Of a stretch of DNA of 64,000 nt, positions 17,102-27,327 are shown one piece after another. The stretch comes from a virus, in IMG/VR virus record IMGVR_UViG_3300046000_004279, positions 1-64,000 of that record, one strand, 5' to 3'. The notes under the pieces are model-generated. The model saw only the letters and a list, made by a program, of their open reading frames with translations, was not told the DNA's origin and did no database searches. Both the position numbers and the translations under genes were made by a program. The stretch's first letter is position 1, and each line of letters opens with the position of its first letter.

Positions 17102-18406
17102 ATGGCTCAGTTTAGCACACATACAAATGCACTACTAAAGAACAACGATACTCTGTATGAAGTTGTTATGGTTGCTGGTCAATCAGGCCCATCCATTTAC
17201 GTTCCATCTGGTAACTTGAATACAAGCTCTGATGCGTTTGGTAGAGCGAGAGTTGCTACACCTCACACACTATTTGACAGCTCGTTTAGGTATGCAGATA
17301 ATTCTAAAAAGTGGGCACAGAAAAAGACAGGCACATCTAGTGCCACATTTAACGCCAACCAAGGGTTGGTTGATTTAGCAATTGGAACAGCCAATGGTGA
17401 TGAAATCATTCGCGAAACTAACCGCGCGTTTCCTTATCAGCCTGGCAAAAGTTTAATTTCAATGAACACTTTTACATTGAATCCGCCAAAGGCAAATCTG
17501 CGTCAGCGTGTTGGATACTTTGGAAAAAGCAACGGAATCTACTTAGAACAAGACAGCCTGCAGACGTATATTGTTAAAAGAACTTCTGTTAGTGGTACTG
17601 TCGATAATGTGCAAATAGCTCAAGATGATTGGAACATTGACCGGTTAGACGGAACTGGCCCAAGCGGGTTAAACCTAGATATATCCACCTCACAGATTTT
17701 CTGGACAGACTTTGAATGGCTTGGTGTTGGGTCTGTCAGAGCTGGATTTGTTATCAACGGCCAGTTTATAGTAGCACACATTTTCCACCACGCAAACAGT
17801 ATTACTGGAACATATATTACAACAGCATCACTTCCATGCCGCTATGAGTTGACTAATACAGGAGTTACGGCTGGATCAAGCACTATGAAACAAATTTGTA
17901 GTACTGTTATATCTGAAGGTGGATACAACATGCAAAATTTGACCAGAAGTGCAGCAAACCCAATAACTGGCAAAAACCTAACAAATGATAAATTAAATCC
18001 CATGATATCAATACGGTTACGAAAAGGCCGAACTGATGCAGTTGTTGTTCCCGTTTCCCTCGACTTTTATGGATTGCAAGCCACAGCTTTCAACTATCAC
18101 GTTATACGAAGTGTGTCATCACTAAACAACGCAAGTTGGGAATTGCTCGACTCTGCAGGATCTGTTGAATATGATATAACAGCCGACTCGCTGGGCGGTG
18201 GTCAAATAATTTTAGAAGGTCTATTTAAAGGTCAGTCAACTGTAACAACCATAGATTTAAACCATATATTTAACTCCGCTATGCAACTGACAAGGGGTGT
18301 TATTACTAATGATAGTACTGGCGATATCTTTACCATTGCGATCACTCCAACGACTAATAACGACGATGCTATTGCAGCATTAACTTGGCAGGAGCATAAT
18401 CTGTAA
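17102..18406 (+). CDS. Putative virion structural protein
   Basis: Late block; beta-rich; DAFGR.RV.TP.TLFD, YQPGK and DFEWLGVGSVR motifs common in myovirus proteins. Confidence 0.6.
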   Translation: MAQFSTHTNALLKNNDTLYEVVMVAGQSGPSIYVPSGNLNTSSDAFGRARVATPHTLFDSSFRYADNSKKWAQKKTGTSSATFNANQGLVDLAIGTANGDEIIRETNRAFPYQPGKSLISMNTFTLNPPKANLRQRVGYFGKSNGIYLEQDSLQTYIVKRTSVSGTVDNVQIAQDDWNIDRLDGTGPSGLNLDISTSQIFWTDFEWLGVGSVRAGFVINGQFIVAHIFHHANSITGTYITTASLPCRYELTNTGVTAGSSTMKQICSTVISEGGYNMQNLTRSAANPITGKNLTNDKLNPMISIRLRKGRTDAVVVPVSLDFYGLQATAFNYHVIRSVSSLNNASWELLDSAGSVEYDITADSLGGGQIILEGLFKGQSTVTTIDLNHIFNSAMQLTRGVITNDSTGDIFTIAITPTTNNDDAIAALTWQEHNL

Positions 18407-19635
18407 TGATAAACTTTTCAAATTTCATAACAGAAGAAAAGAACACCCACATGACTCATATTGAGGATAAGGTGATCTATGGTGGTGTCAACGGAACGCG
18501 TCAAGCTATTATGGCATTACGAATGCTACGTGATATGCTAGGGGGGACACATGAGGGATCTGTATCGGTTAAGTGGGACGGTGCTCCTGCAGTGTTTTGT
18601 GGCACTGATCCTACAGATGGCAAGTTCTTTGTTGCAAAAAAGGGGATCTTCAACAAGAACCCAAAAGTTTATAAGACTGCTGCTGAGGTCGAAGCTGATA
18701 CGTCAGGCGATCTTGCGGCCAAACTCAAAGCCGCTCTGAAGTATCTTCCTGAACTCGGCATCAAAGGAGTTATTCAAGGAGACTTCTTGTTCAGCAGCGA
18801 AGATGTTAGCAATGAAATTATTGATGGTCAGCGTTATCTAACATTCCACCCCAATACAATTGTCTATGCTGTTCCACACGATTCAGAAGCTGCTGCCAAT
18901 ATTCGTAAGGCAAAGATTGGTATTGTTTGGCACACTACATATAATGGTAATTCATTTGAATCAATGTCAGCATCATATGGTGTGGACATCTCAAAGTTTC
19001 ACAAAAGTGCAAATGTATGGTCACAAGATGCAATGCTGCGCGACTTAACAAATGCTACAATGAGCAAACAGGACACGGAGATTGTCAATGAACTTCTTAC
19101 GCAAGCTGGTAAATTATTTAACCAAATTAGTGGGTCAACCCTCAGAGAACTTGAAGCCAACGGAGAACTTGCCCAACACATCGAAACCTTCAATAACAGC
19201 TTTGTCAGAGTTGGAACCATCGTTACCGACACCAGAGCCCACGTTAACCATCTCATCAAGTGGATCCACGACAAGTACCAAAAAGAAATCGACGCGCGAA
19301 AAACCCCTGTTGGTAAAGCCAACGTCAGTAAAAAGCGCCAAGACTTCCTCGACTTCTTCTCGGAAACCAACAAAGCCAGTTTGATAAAGATGTTTGATCT
19401 GCAAAAGGTCATTGTATTGGCTAAACTAAAACTTATAAATACACTTAACAAGTTACAGACTGTTGGTACATTTGTTAAGAATCGTAATGGATTTAAGGTA
19501 ACAGGCGCCGAAGGCTATGTTGCTATTGATAAACTTGGTGGTGACGCAATAAAGATTGTTGATCGAATGGAATTCTCGTTCAATAACTTTTCGCCTGATA
19601 TACTTAAGGGATGGGATAAACTGGGAAAACGATAA
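18406..19635 (+). CDS. Conserved T4-like protein (DUF6267-like) with ATP-dependent ligase motifs
   Basis: KWDG (motif I), QGDFLF (III), EGYV (IV), KIV (V); CTS-like N-terminus MINFSNFITEE. Confidence 0.7.
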   Translation: MINFSNFITEEKNTHMTHIEDKVIYGGVNGTRQAIMALRMLRDMLGGTHEGSVSVKWDGAPAVFCGTDPTDGKFFVAKKGIFNKNPKVYKTAAEVEADTSGDLAAKLKAALKYLPELGIKGVIQGDFLFSSEDVSNEIIDGQRYLTFHPNTIVYAVPHDSEAAANIRKAKIGIVWHTTYNGNSFESMSASYGVDISKFHKSANVWSQDAMLRDLTNATMSKQDTEIVNELLTQAGKLFNQISGSTLRELEANGELAQHIETFNNSFVRVGTIVTDTRAHVNHLIKWIHDKYQKEIDARKTPVGKANVSKKRQDFLDFFSETNKASLIKMFDLQKVIVLAKLKLINTLNKLQTVGTFVKNRNGFKVTGAEGYVAIDKLGGDAIKIVDRMEFSFNNFSPDILKGWDKLGKR

Positions 19636-20501
19636 TGGTAAAGAAAATAAAATTAATAGATTTTAAAGACCTTTTGACAGTTGATTACGCTCCAGGAATG
19701 GATCCTCTGATCAAGCGAAACGCTAAGAAGCGTAAGCAAGATGTGGAAACTGGATCGAATGCGGAATATTCATCAACTTACGCTCCAAATGAACGAATTA
19801 GTACTATTGAAAATTATGGTACTCAAACTCAAAGACTAATGTCACCATTACAAAAAGTTCGTCAAGATAAAGAAAAAGATGATCGTGATCGTTATGGTAA
19901 GATTAAAGCTGGTGTACTTCCTCGTTCCAATAAAAAAATTAGCACGGAAACTTCAGAAGCTGTCGCCCCAGGCGGTAAGGCTCCCAAACCTGTAAGTGGT
20001 ACAGCTGCTCAAGCGTACATAGACGGTGGAAAACATGCTGCTAATGTGTCTATGGGGCGTGAAGGTAAACACAACGTAATAAAATCACCAAATTCAAAAA
20101 AGCATGTTCATGTGTTTACATATGAAGAGTTTGAAGAGTTGATGGATCAGTTTCTTGACGAAGCTGTGCTTACTCCTCAACAACGCCGTGTCAAAGCGAT
20201 GCAGTTTAAACGTGTGCGGGCAAAAATTGAACTTGGTCAAAAAAGAGCTAAGACTCGCTTTGCTGATCCTAAACGTCTGTTAAATCGTGCTAAGGTTGCT
20301 GCTCGTAAGGTAGTGTTTAATAAATTGACCAAAGGTATGACAAAAGATGAGCTTTCATTTCAGCGTAGACAAGAAATTGAAAAGCGTATGGATACCCCAG
20401 GAATGAAAATTAGAATTCAACGCTTAGCAATAAAAATGATTCCTAAAGAACGCCAAGCAGAAATTCAACGTCATGCACAAGCGGCCGCATCCAACAAATG
20501 A
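19635..20501 (+). CDS. Basic hypothetical protein, probably internal head
   Basis: K/R-rich; FLDEA gp21-type cleavage-like site. Confidence 0.65.
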   Translation: MVKKIKLIDFKDLLTVDYAPGMDPLIKRNAKKRKQDVETGSNAEYSSTYAPNERISTIENYGTQTQRLMSPLQKVRQDKEKDDRDRYGKIKAGVLPRSNKKISTETSEAVAPGGKAPKPVSGTAAQAYIDGGKHAANVSMGREGKHNVIKSPNSKKHVHVFTYEEFEELMDQFLDEAVLTPQQRRVKAMQFKRVRAKIELGQKRAKTRFADPKRLLNRAKVAARKVVFNKLTKGMTKDELSFQRRQEIEKRMDTPGMKIRIQRLAIKMIPKERQAEIQRHAQAAASNK

Positions 20502-21535
20502 TCAATAGATTTAGTCAGTTTTTAGTTGAAGAAGACAAGTCGGTTTATTTTACCTTTGGTAGAATGAACCCACCCACTATTGGTCATGGTAAACTGCTAG
20601 ATGCACTTGCGTCTAAGGCTGGTCGAAATCCATATAAGGTCTTTATGTCGCAGTCTCAAGATGCTGCTAAAAATCCTTTGTCATATTCAGATAAAATTAA
20701 ACACGTTCGTAAAATGTTTCCCAAGCAAGCTCGCAATATCATGGTTGACAAAAATGTAAGAACAGCAATTGAATCTGTTGTTGTATTATATAACCAAGGT
20801 TTTCGTAAGATTGTAATGGTTGTTGGTCAAGATAGAATACTTGAATTTGAAACATTATTGAAAAAGTATAATGGCAAAGACGCAAGACATGGTTTCTATA
20901 ACTTTGCTGACATCAAAATAGTCTCTGCGGGTGAACGTGATCCTGATGCAGAAGGTGTTGAGGGTGCAAGTGCATCCAAACAACGTGCCTTTGCTAAAGA
21001 GAATGATTTTATTAAATTCTCTCAAGGTGTACCATCAAACGTTTCAAATGCTGATGCGCGTAAATTGTTTAACGATGTTCGTAAGGGAATGGGTCTTTCA
21101 GAAGAAACTGGATTTAAAAACCACATTCAATTATCTCCAATTAGTGAAACCCGTGAACAGTATGTTAAAGGTCAATTGTTTAATATTGGCGATCAAGTAA
21201 TCATTAAAGAATCTGATGAGGTTGGAACTGTCACTGTGCTCGGATCCAATTATTTAATTGTTGAAACCACTGATGGAAAAAGACTACGTAAGTGGTTAGA
21301 TGCAATTGAGTTAGTTGAAAAGACTGATCGTTGGTACAAAAATCAACCAGAGTGGGGTACACCCGAAGCTGCTAAGAAAGCTAAGAAGATTACTCCCAAT
21401 CAATCTGGCGTAAAAGAAGAATCAAATGGATTGTGGTTCAATATCCAGCAACGCCGCAAAAAAGGATTGCCGAGTGCAAAACCTAGCGACAAGAATTATC
21501 CAAAAACTTTGGATATCGAAAAGGATGGCAAATGA
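20498..21535 (+). CDS. HIGH-superfamily nucleotidyltransferase (cytidylyltransferase/NMNAT-like)
   Basis: FTFGRMNPPTIGH, KNPL, VVGQDR, SASKQR; CTS-like N-terminus. Confidence 0.82.
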   Translation: MINRFSQFLVEEDKSVYFTFGRMNPPTIGHGKLLDALASKAGRNPYKVFMSQSQDAAKNPLSYSDKIKHVRKMFPKQARNIMVDKNVRTAIESVVVLYNQGFRKIVMVVGQDRILEFETLLKKYNGKDARHGFYNFADIKIVSAGERDPDAEGVEGASASKQRAFAKENDFIKFSQGVPSNVSNADARKLFNDVRKGMGLSEETGFKNHIQLSPISETREQYVKGQLFNIGDQVIIKESDEVGTVTVLGSNYLIVETTDGKRLRKWLDAIELVEKTDRWYKNQPEWGTPEAAKKAKKITPNQSGVKEESNGLWFNIQQRRKKGLPSAKPSDKNYPKTLDIEKDGK

Positions 21536-23103
21536 AATCGTTTTTTGAACTTAGAGAAGAAAAAACTCAAGTTACTGTCGGTGACTACACAACTAAGCAC
21601 TTTGATATGTGTCCATCAGCCGTTAAGTTGTATAGCAAGATTAAAAACATGACTGTGATGGTTCACCTTATCGTAGAAAACATGATGCTTCACGATGTGT
21701 TTTTTAGATTAGAAAAGCAAGCTGTAGCTCAAGGCGCGATTGATGAAGATGATTTAGAAAAAGCTCAAGAGTATGCCGATTTAATTATGGACAATGCTAG
21801 ACAAATGGATCTTGAAAAAGAACACTCATATATTGAGGATGTCCATATGCCAAAGTTTGATAAGTTAGCTGGTGTAACTGGCGATGAAGAAGATATGAAC
21901 GAGAAAACACTCACACCCGCTGAGTTAAAGAAACGCGAAGAGATTGCTAAGTCAATTGAACGCGACAGTCCTAATATGCCAATGGGTAAAAAAATGGCAA
22001 TTGCTACAGCAACCGCTAAGAGAGTTGCTGAGGCCAAAGATCCAGGTGAGTATGACTACGAAGGCGACATGGCAAAAAACAATTTAAGAACAATTTGTCG
22101 TGCTTCTGGTGAAATGATTGATATGTTAGATGAGAATACAAATCTTCCTGAATGGGTGCAATCAAAGATTACTCTTGCTGAGGATTACATTTCTTCAGCT
22201 TATAACTACATGATGAGTGAATCTGAAGAGATAGATGAATCTGCTGATGCTGGATTAGCGGCAAAAGCCAGTAAATCTGGTATATCAATCGATACACTGC
22301 GCAAGGTGTATCGTCGTGGTGTAGCTGCATGGAACTCAGGTCATAGACCAGGGACTACTCCACAACAATGGGGTATGGCTCGTGTGAACTCCTACATTGG
22401 TAAAGGTTCTGGAACCTATCATGGCGCGGATAAGGATCTTCACGAAGGTGATACGAGTAGTCTTCCAAGAGTATCAAAAGATAAAGAGTCTGGTCTACCA
22501 AAGAAATATGTTGCTGGTCTTTCTACTTCAACAGCAAAAGCTAGAGCAGCACACTTTAATAAGATGGATAAAAAAAGCGATAGAGATCCATCAGCATATG
22601 AACCAGCCCCTGGAGATGCAAACGCAAAAACTAAACCAAGCAAACATACACTAAAGTATCGTGCGATGTTTGGTGAAGACATGGATCAAGAAATCTATGA
22701 AGCCTGCTGGGATACTCATAAGCAAGTTGGCCTGAAGAAAAAGGGCAACCGCATGGTTCCTGATTGTGTACCAAAGAATGAATCTGTGAACCCTGCTCAA
22801 CAAGCAGCAATTGCTATTGCTATGAAAAAAGCTGGTAAAAAACCAATGAATGCAGTGGTCGAAGAGTCAATATCTACTGATAAGTTAAAGGTGCTTGCAC
22901 GTGCTGGATTGGTTGATCAAAAAAATGTTGAAAGACTTATAGCAGCATTTAAGATGTTGGAAGCTGGCAAGGTTTTAAACCAACAACAGAAAGATCTGAT
23001 CCTTTCATCGTATGGTGAGTTGGCTAGTATTGTTACTGGCGATTCTCAAACGTTTCAAAAGGCTAAGAAAGCTGTTGCAGAATCTGTGTTTAGAGAAAAG
23101 TGA
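21532..23103 (+). CDS. Multi-module probable internal head protein
   Basis: MKSFFELREE N-terminus; repeated xxE junctions; LPEWVQSKIT and VYRRG.AAW..WGMARVNS modules. Confidence 0.7.
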   Translation: MKSFFELREEKTQVTVGDYTTKHFDMCPSAVKLYSKIKNMTVMVHLIVENMMLHDVFFRLEKQAVAQGAIDEDDLEKAQEYADLIMDNARQMDLEKEHSYIEDVHMPKFDKLAGVTGDEEDMNEKTLTPAELKKREEIAKSIERDSPNMPMGKKMAIATATAKRVAEAKDPGEYDYEGDMAKNNLRTICRASGEMIDMLDENTNLPEWVQSKITLAEDYISSAYNYMMSESEEIDESADAGLAAKASKSGISIDTLRKVYRRGVAAWNSGHRPGTTPQQWGMARVNSYIGKGSGTYHGADKDLHEGDTSSLPRVSKDKESGLPKKYVAGLSTSTAKARAAHFNKMDKKSDRDPSAYEPAPGDANAKTKPSKHTLKYRAMFGEDMDQEIYEACWDTHKQVGLKKKGNRMVPDCVPKNESVNPAQQAAIAIAMKKAGKKPMNAVVEESISTDKLKVLARAGLVDQKNVERLIAAFKMLEAGKVLNQQQKDLILSSYGELASIVTGDSQTFQKAKKAVAESVFREK

Positions 23104-23110
23104 GAATAAA

Positions 23111-24181
23111 ATGAGAGTTTTACGGTTTAATCAATTTATAGAAGAAGGCGTTAATGATCCTTCTATTTTCAAAGCGGTGTTCCTTGCTGGCGGTCCTGGG
23201 TCAGGTAAGTCTTTTATCGTTGGTAAAACTGCTCTTACGGCACTTGGTTTTAAAGTAATTAATTCTGATATTTCTTTTGAGAATGCTCTAAGAAAGGTTG
23301 GATTGAAACCAATTCCTCAAAATATATTCTCTCCTTTAGGTCAAGAATTACGTGGTAAAGCTAAGAACATTACTGCCAAACAACAACAACTTGCAATCAA
23401 TGGTCGCCTTGGTTTGGTGATTGACGGTACAGGTAAAGATTACGAAAAGATTAACAAACAAGCTGACATGCTTCGTAACATTGGATATGATATCGCGATG
23501 ATATTTGTCAATACGGATCTTGACACTGCGTTAGTACGTAATAGAATGAGAGATAGATCTCTACCTGATGCTGAAGTAGAAAGTATGTGGAAAGATGTTC
23601 AAAAGAACATTGGTAAGTTCCAAAACTTCTTCCGTCAAAAAATGTTCATCGTAGATAACTCTGCGGGATCTAACTACGAAGGCGCGGTACTCTCTACTTA
23701 CAAAAAAATATCCGCTTGGTCTAAAATGAAACCAGATTCTTCGGCTGCGAGTGAATGGATAAAGTCTCAACGTAAAGTCAACGAAGAACTTATGCTTGAG
23801 GCAGATCACTGCCCTGTATTCACAGTTTCTCAAATGAAACTATTTGAGAAGTTTGTTGACCGCATGTTTAAAGAGTTCAATGTAAATTTTGAATTCACAA
23901 AACATTTCCATGAACGTATGTCTGATGACCGTAATGAACCTTGCATCGATCTGAAAGAACTCGCTTCTATGATACAGAAGATATATAAGAAGTATCAAAA
24001 GGGTGAGAAATCTTTGAACAATTTTGTAAATACGGAAGCTGTTATTAAAGATATACAAACAGATCTTAACATGCCTATAGTTGTTGAATACAACCGTAAG
24101 AATGATGAATTGGTCGTTACATCAAAAACTATCATGAGAAAAAAGAATTTCCGTACACCCAACTCGGAGTTAAGAGTATGA
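23111..24181 (+). CDS. P-loop kinase (zeta toxin/AAA_33/PNK-like) with extra C-terminal domain
   Basis: LAGGPGSGKS, VIDGT, RNRMRDR; start reassigned to MRVLRFNQFIEE. Confidence 0.8.
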   Translation: MRVLRFNQFIEEGVNDPSIFKAVFLAGGPGSGKSFIVGKTALTALGFKVINSDISFENALRKVGLKPIPQNIFSPLGQELRGKAKNITAKQQQLAINGRLGLVIDGTGKDYEKINKQADMLRNIGYDIAMIFVNTDLDTALVRNRMRDRSLPDAEVESMWKDVQKNIGKFQNFFRQKMFIVDNSAGSNYEGAVLSTYKKISAWSKMKPDSSAASEWIKSQRKVNEELMLEADHCPVFTVSQMKLFEKFVDRMFKEFNVNFEFTKHFHERMSDDRNEPCIDLKELASMIQKIYKKYQKGEKSLNNFVNTEAVIKDIQTDLNMPIVVEYNRKNDELVVTSKTIMRKKNFRTPNSELRV

Positions 24182-24444
24182 TATCTTTCAAATCATTTAC
24201 AGAAGCAACATACCAAGGTCGTGAAGTTCCTCTTAATAAACCATCAGCTGGTGATGTTAAGAAGTCTAAGGTATTTGTTGATCTAGATGGTGATGGTAAG
24301 GCGACAAAGGTTAACTTCGGTGATCCAAATATGACTATCAAGAAAGAAATTCCCGCGCGTAGACGTTCTTTTAGAGCTCGACATAATTGCGACACCCCAG
24401 GTCCAAAAGACAAGGCGCGCTATTGGTCGTGTAAAGCTTGGTAA
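24178..24444 (+). CDS. Small conserved phage protein
   Basis: KVNFGDP, RRSFRARHNC, ARYWSC; CTS-like MISFKSFTEA. Confidence 0.75.
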   Translation: MISFKSFTEATYQGREVPLNKPSAGDVKKSKVFVDLDGDGKATKVNFGDPNMTIKKEIPARRRSFRARHNCDTPGPKDKARYWSCKAW

Positions 24445-24487
24445 TTTAAATAGATAAATAACAATAATAAATTCTATGGGAAACTCG

Positions 24488-24766
24488 ATGGCTACTACAA
24501 ACGAAACAAGACTTAACCGAATTGAGGACAAGATTGACAAACTGACCGATGCGATGGTATTAATCGCGCGAACAGAGGAGAAGTTGATCTCAATGGAGCA
24601 GAAGTATGCTGCTCAGTATGAACGCATGAATCGTTTCTCTCAGAAACTAGATGATATAGAAAAATTAGTAGAAACCAACAATTATACTGTTATGTTAATT
24701 AACAAGATTGTTGGAGCAACCGTCATCGCAGCAATCGGTGCGTGGGCAACCCAATACTTCATGTAA
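24488..24766 (+). CDS. Coiled-coil protein with C-terminal TM helix
   Basis: RLNRIEDKIDKL; hydrophobic C-terminus. Confidence 0.7.
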   Translation: MATTNETRLNRIEDKIDKLTDAMVLIARTEEKLISMEQKYAAQYERMNRFSQKLDDIEKLVETNNYTVMLINKIVGATVIAAIGAWATQYFM

Positions 24767-24776
24767 GGAAAATAAA

Positions 24777-27260
24777 ATGAAGACACAAGACATTAGAAAT
24801 ATGGGGCTTGCTTATGTACAGGTCTTAGAAGCTGGAAAAGTAAACAAGCATGGTCACGATCATGTTGGTAAAGAAGATGGTGACGTCAACAACGATAAGA
24901 AGGTTGACGGCACTGATAAGTATCTGTTGAATCGTCGTAAGGCGATCTCTGCCAATATACAAAAAGAAGAAATGGAAAGTGATTATGAAGAGACAAAAAA
25001 GAAGACTATGAAAGCATTTCCAAATGTTAAACATTTTACAAAGTCTGGTCATCCAGATTGGAAAAAGCACGGTATAACAAATATTCCAACTACCGAATCA
25101 GTTGAAGTTGACGAGGCTCTGACAGGCAACCAGCATAAGATTGATGCCAACAAGAATGGCAAGGTTGACGCCCACGATTTTAAACTTCTTCGTCGTAAAA
25201 AGACTCAGACAGAAGAAGTTGAAGTTGTTTCAGAAGTAAATATCATTCACAATGGTAAAAAGTTCAAAAACGTTAAGCGTTTTGACAACGACAAAGAAGC
25301 AAACAACTTCATTGAAAAAAACCCAAGTCATGGTGTTCTTCATGCTGACAAAGGTGGTGTTTATGTTGCACACAATACGAACAAAGGTGTTAAACATACA
25401 TACACTGCACACAACGAAGAATTTGAAAATCTAGACGAGGGTCGTGCGTCACAAGCACATCCATTAACGGGTCATGATTATCATAAGAAAAGCAATGATC
25501 AATTGGAATACATTCGTAAAGACGCTCATGCAGCGGCTGAAGCGATGAAAGACCACAACACAACTGCTGAGAACAAATATCGTGATCAAGCAAGTGATGC
25601 CTCAACTGTTCTCCATTTCCGTAAAACCAGTGGCACACCAGATTGGTACAAGAAGAAATACGGGCACATGAAAGAGTCTTTCAATCTTGACGAAATCTCT
25701 CGTGATCTTGCCACAAGATCCGCCCAAGGGTTTGCTGACAAGGCCGATGCCGCGCACGATAAGAAAGACTTTGCTGGTTTCAGAAAAGGTGAAGCTGCGC
25801 GAAAAATGGCTATTGCCAAAGTCCAAGGTCGTGCTAAAGTTTCTGCGGTTGCAAGACGAGTTGAAGAAGTTGAACTATTTGACGAAGAAGCCGACCTAAC
25901 AAAGATCGACACAAAGACACTTCAATCAATGGTTCAACTGCACAAGCACATGGGCCAAAAAAACCCAGCATCAAAGACTGCGGCAGATCGTGGTGAAGCA
26001 GAACTGAAAAGCAGAATGAAAAAAGAAGAAGTTGAGTCACTTGACGAATTGTCGCCACAAACTCTCGGTTCTTACGCTTCAAAAGCTACAAAAGATGCTA
26101 GCGCCAATCTGAAAAAAATTACTGGATCAACAGACCGATCCACAGCTCGCCCACTCATCACGCGTGCTAACAAGCGTGAAACAGGTGCTGACATGGCAAT
26201 CGACAAAATACGAGGCAATTATAACGTAAAAGTTCATGCAAAAGAAGAAGTTGAAGGTCTTGACGAATTGTCAAAGAATACTGTTCGTAGCTATTATAAC
26301 AAAGCTGGCGAACAAGGTAGTAAGATTGCGGGCAATATAAAGGTCGGCGGTGGTGATTGGTCTAAGGATGGCGAAAACACCAAAACTCTTGCCAAGAGAG
26401 CCGCTGGCCGTGCAATGGCACTGAAGCGCCGTAGTGGTGAAGTAAAAATGTCAGAAGAAGTTGAAGTTAATGAAGCAACCAAATCCAAGAATATGATCCA
26501 TATTGGTCACGGTGATTCTTATATGGATGAACCTTGGTCACACGCTGTATACATCAATGGTAAAAAGGTTGTTGATCACAACAAACCTGGAGATTTTGGT
26601 ATGGACGGCAAAGTGTTTAAATCTGTTGATGGATACATAAAAGCACTTTCTAAAAAGCATAATGTTGATCCAAACTCTTTCGATCTGTACACACTTAATG
26701 ATAAAACTGGAAAACCTGAGTCGCAACCATATGTTTCTAGACATAAACCAAGAAACCTACCAAGTATTGGGGAAGGTAATGATATGGACGAAGCAAAAGA
26801 AGTTCCAAAAAAGACAATAACAAGTAAGCAAATTAAAAATGCTTTAGCATCAGCAAAAGCACGAGCTAAGCCAAAAGGCGAAGTTTCTCTTGCTAAGACA
26901 CCTTGGAAAGAGTCAAATGAGTGGTCAGTTTTCTCGCGTATTCAAGAGAAATTGAAACTACCATCATACAAAGTCGCAGGTATCGGTGATGATCCTCATG
27001 AAGTTAATGTTGTATACGCAAATGATGACAAACATACAAAGGGCGCAACAGAACCTGAGAAAATAGATTCAAAAGCATCTAAAGGTGAAAAAGACTTTAT
27101 TGCAGCGCATGGTGGATTAAAGGGTAATGAATCAGATATCGATGTGCACAAATACATTGCTAAAAACTCTGTTGCTCATACATCAGGTGTGAAGGTTGCA
27201 CCACCACGTCCTGGTGATTCGAAGATTGGCGATAAGAACATTATCAAATCAAAGAGCTAA
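24777..27260 (+). CDS. Large repetitive probable internal head protein
   Basis: AAGGA RBS; EEVE.LDE(L/I)S repeats; two DxDxNxDGxxD-like loops. Confidence 0.75.
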   Translation: MKTQDIRNMGLAYVQVLEAGKVNKHGHDHVGKEDGDVNNDKKVDGTDKYLLNRRKAISANIQKEEMESDYEETKKKTMKAFPNVKHFTKSGHPDWKKHGITNIPTTESVEVDEALTGNQHKIDANKNGKVDAHDFKLLRRKKTQTEEVEVVSEVNIIHNGKKFKNVKRFDNDKEANNFIEKNPSHGVLHADKGGVYVAHNTNKGVKHTYTAHNEEFENLDEGRASQAHPLTGHDYHKKSNDQLEYIRKDAHAAAEAMKDHNTTAENKYRDQASDASTVLHFRKTSGTPDWYKKKYGHMKESFNLDEISRDLATRSAQGFADKADAAHDKKDFAGFRKGEAARKMAIAKVQGRAKVSAVARRVEEVELFDEEADLTKIDTKTLQSMVQLHKHMGQKNPASKTAADRGEAELKSRMKKEEVESLDELSPQTLGSYASKATKDASANLKKITGSTDRSTARPLITRANKRETGADMAIDKIRGNYNVKVHAKEEVEGLDELSKNTVRSYYNKAGEQGSKIAGNIKVGGGDWSKDGENTKTLAKRAAGRAMALKRRSGEVKMSEEVEVNEATKSKNMIHIGHGDSYMDEPWSHAVYINGKKVVDHNKPGDFGMDGKVFKSVDGYIKALSKKHNVDPNSFDLYTLNDKTGKPESQPYVSRHKPRNLPSIGEGNDMDEAKEVPKKTITSKQIKNALASAKARAKPKGEVSLAKTPWKESNEWSVFSRIQEKLKLPSYKVAGIGDDPHEVNVVYANDDKHTKGATEPEKIDSKASKGEKDFIAAHGGLKGNESDIDVHKYIAKNSVAHTSGVKVAPPRPGDSKIGDKNIIKSKS

Positions 27261-27327
27261 TCATTACAGTATGGCACACTGCTAATAACTGCAGCTTTAT
27301 TATACAGTGTTTTTCAGAAAAGTCAAT

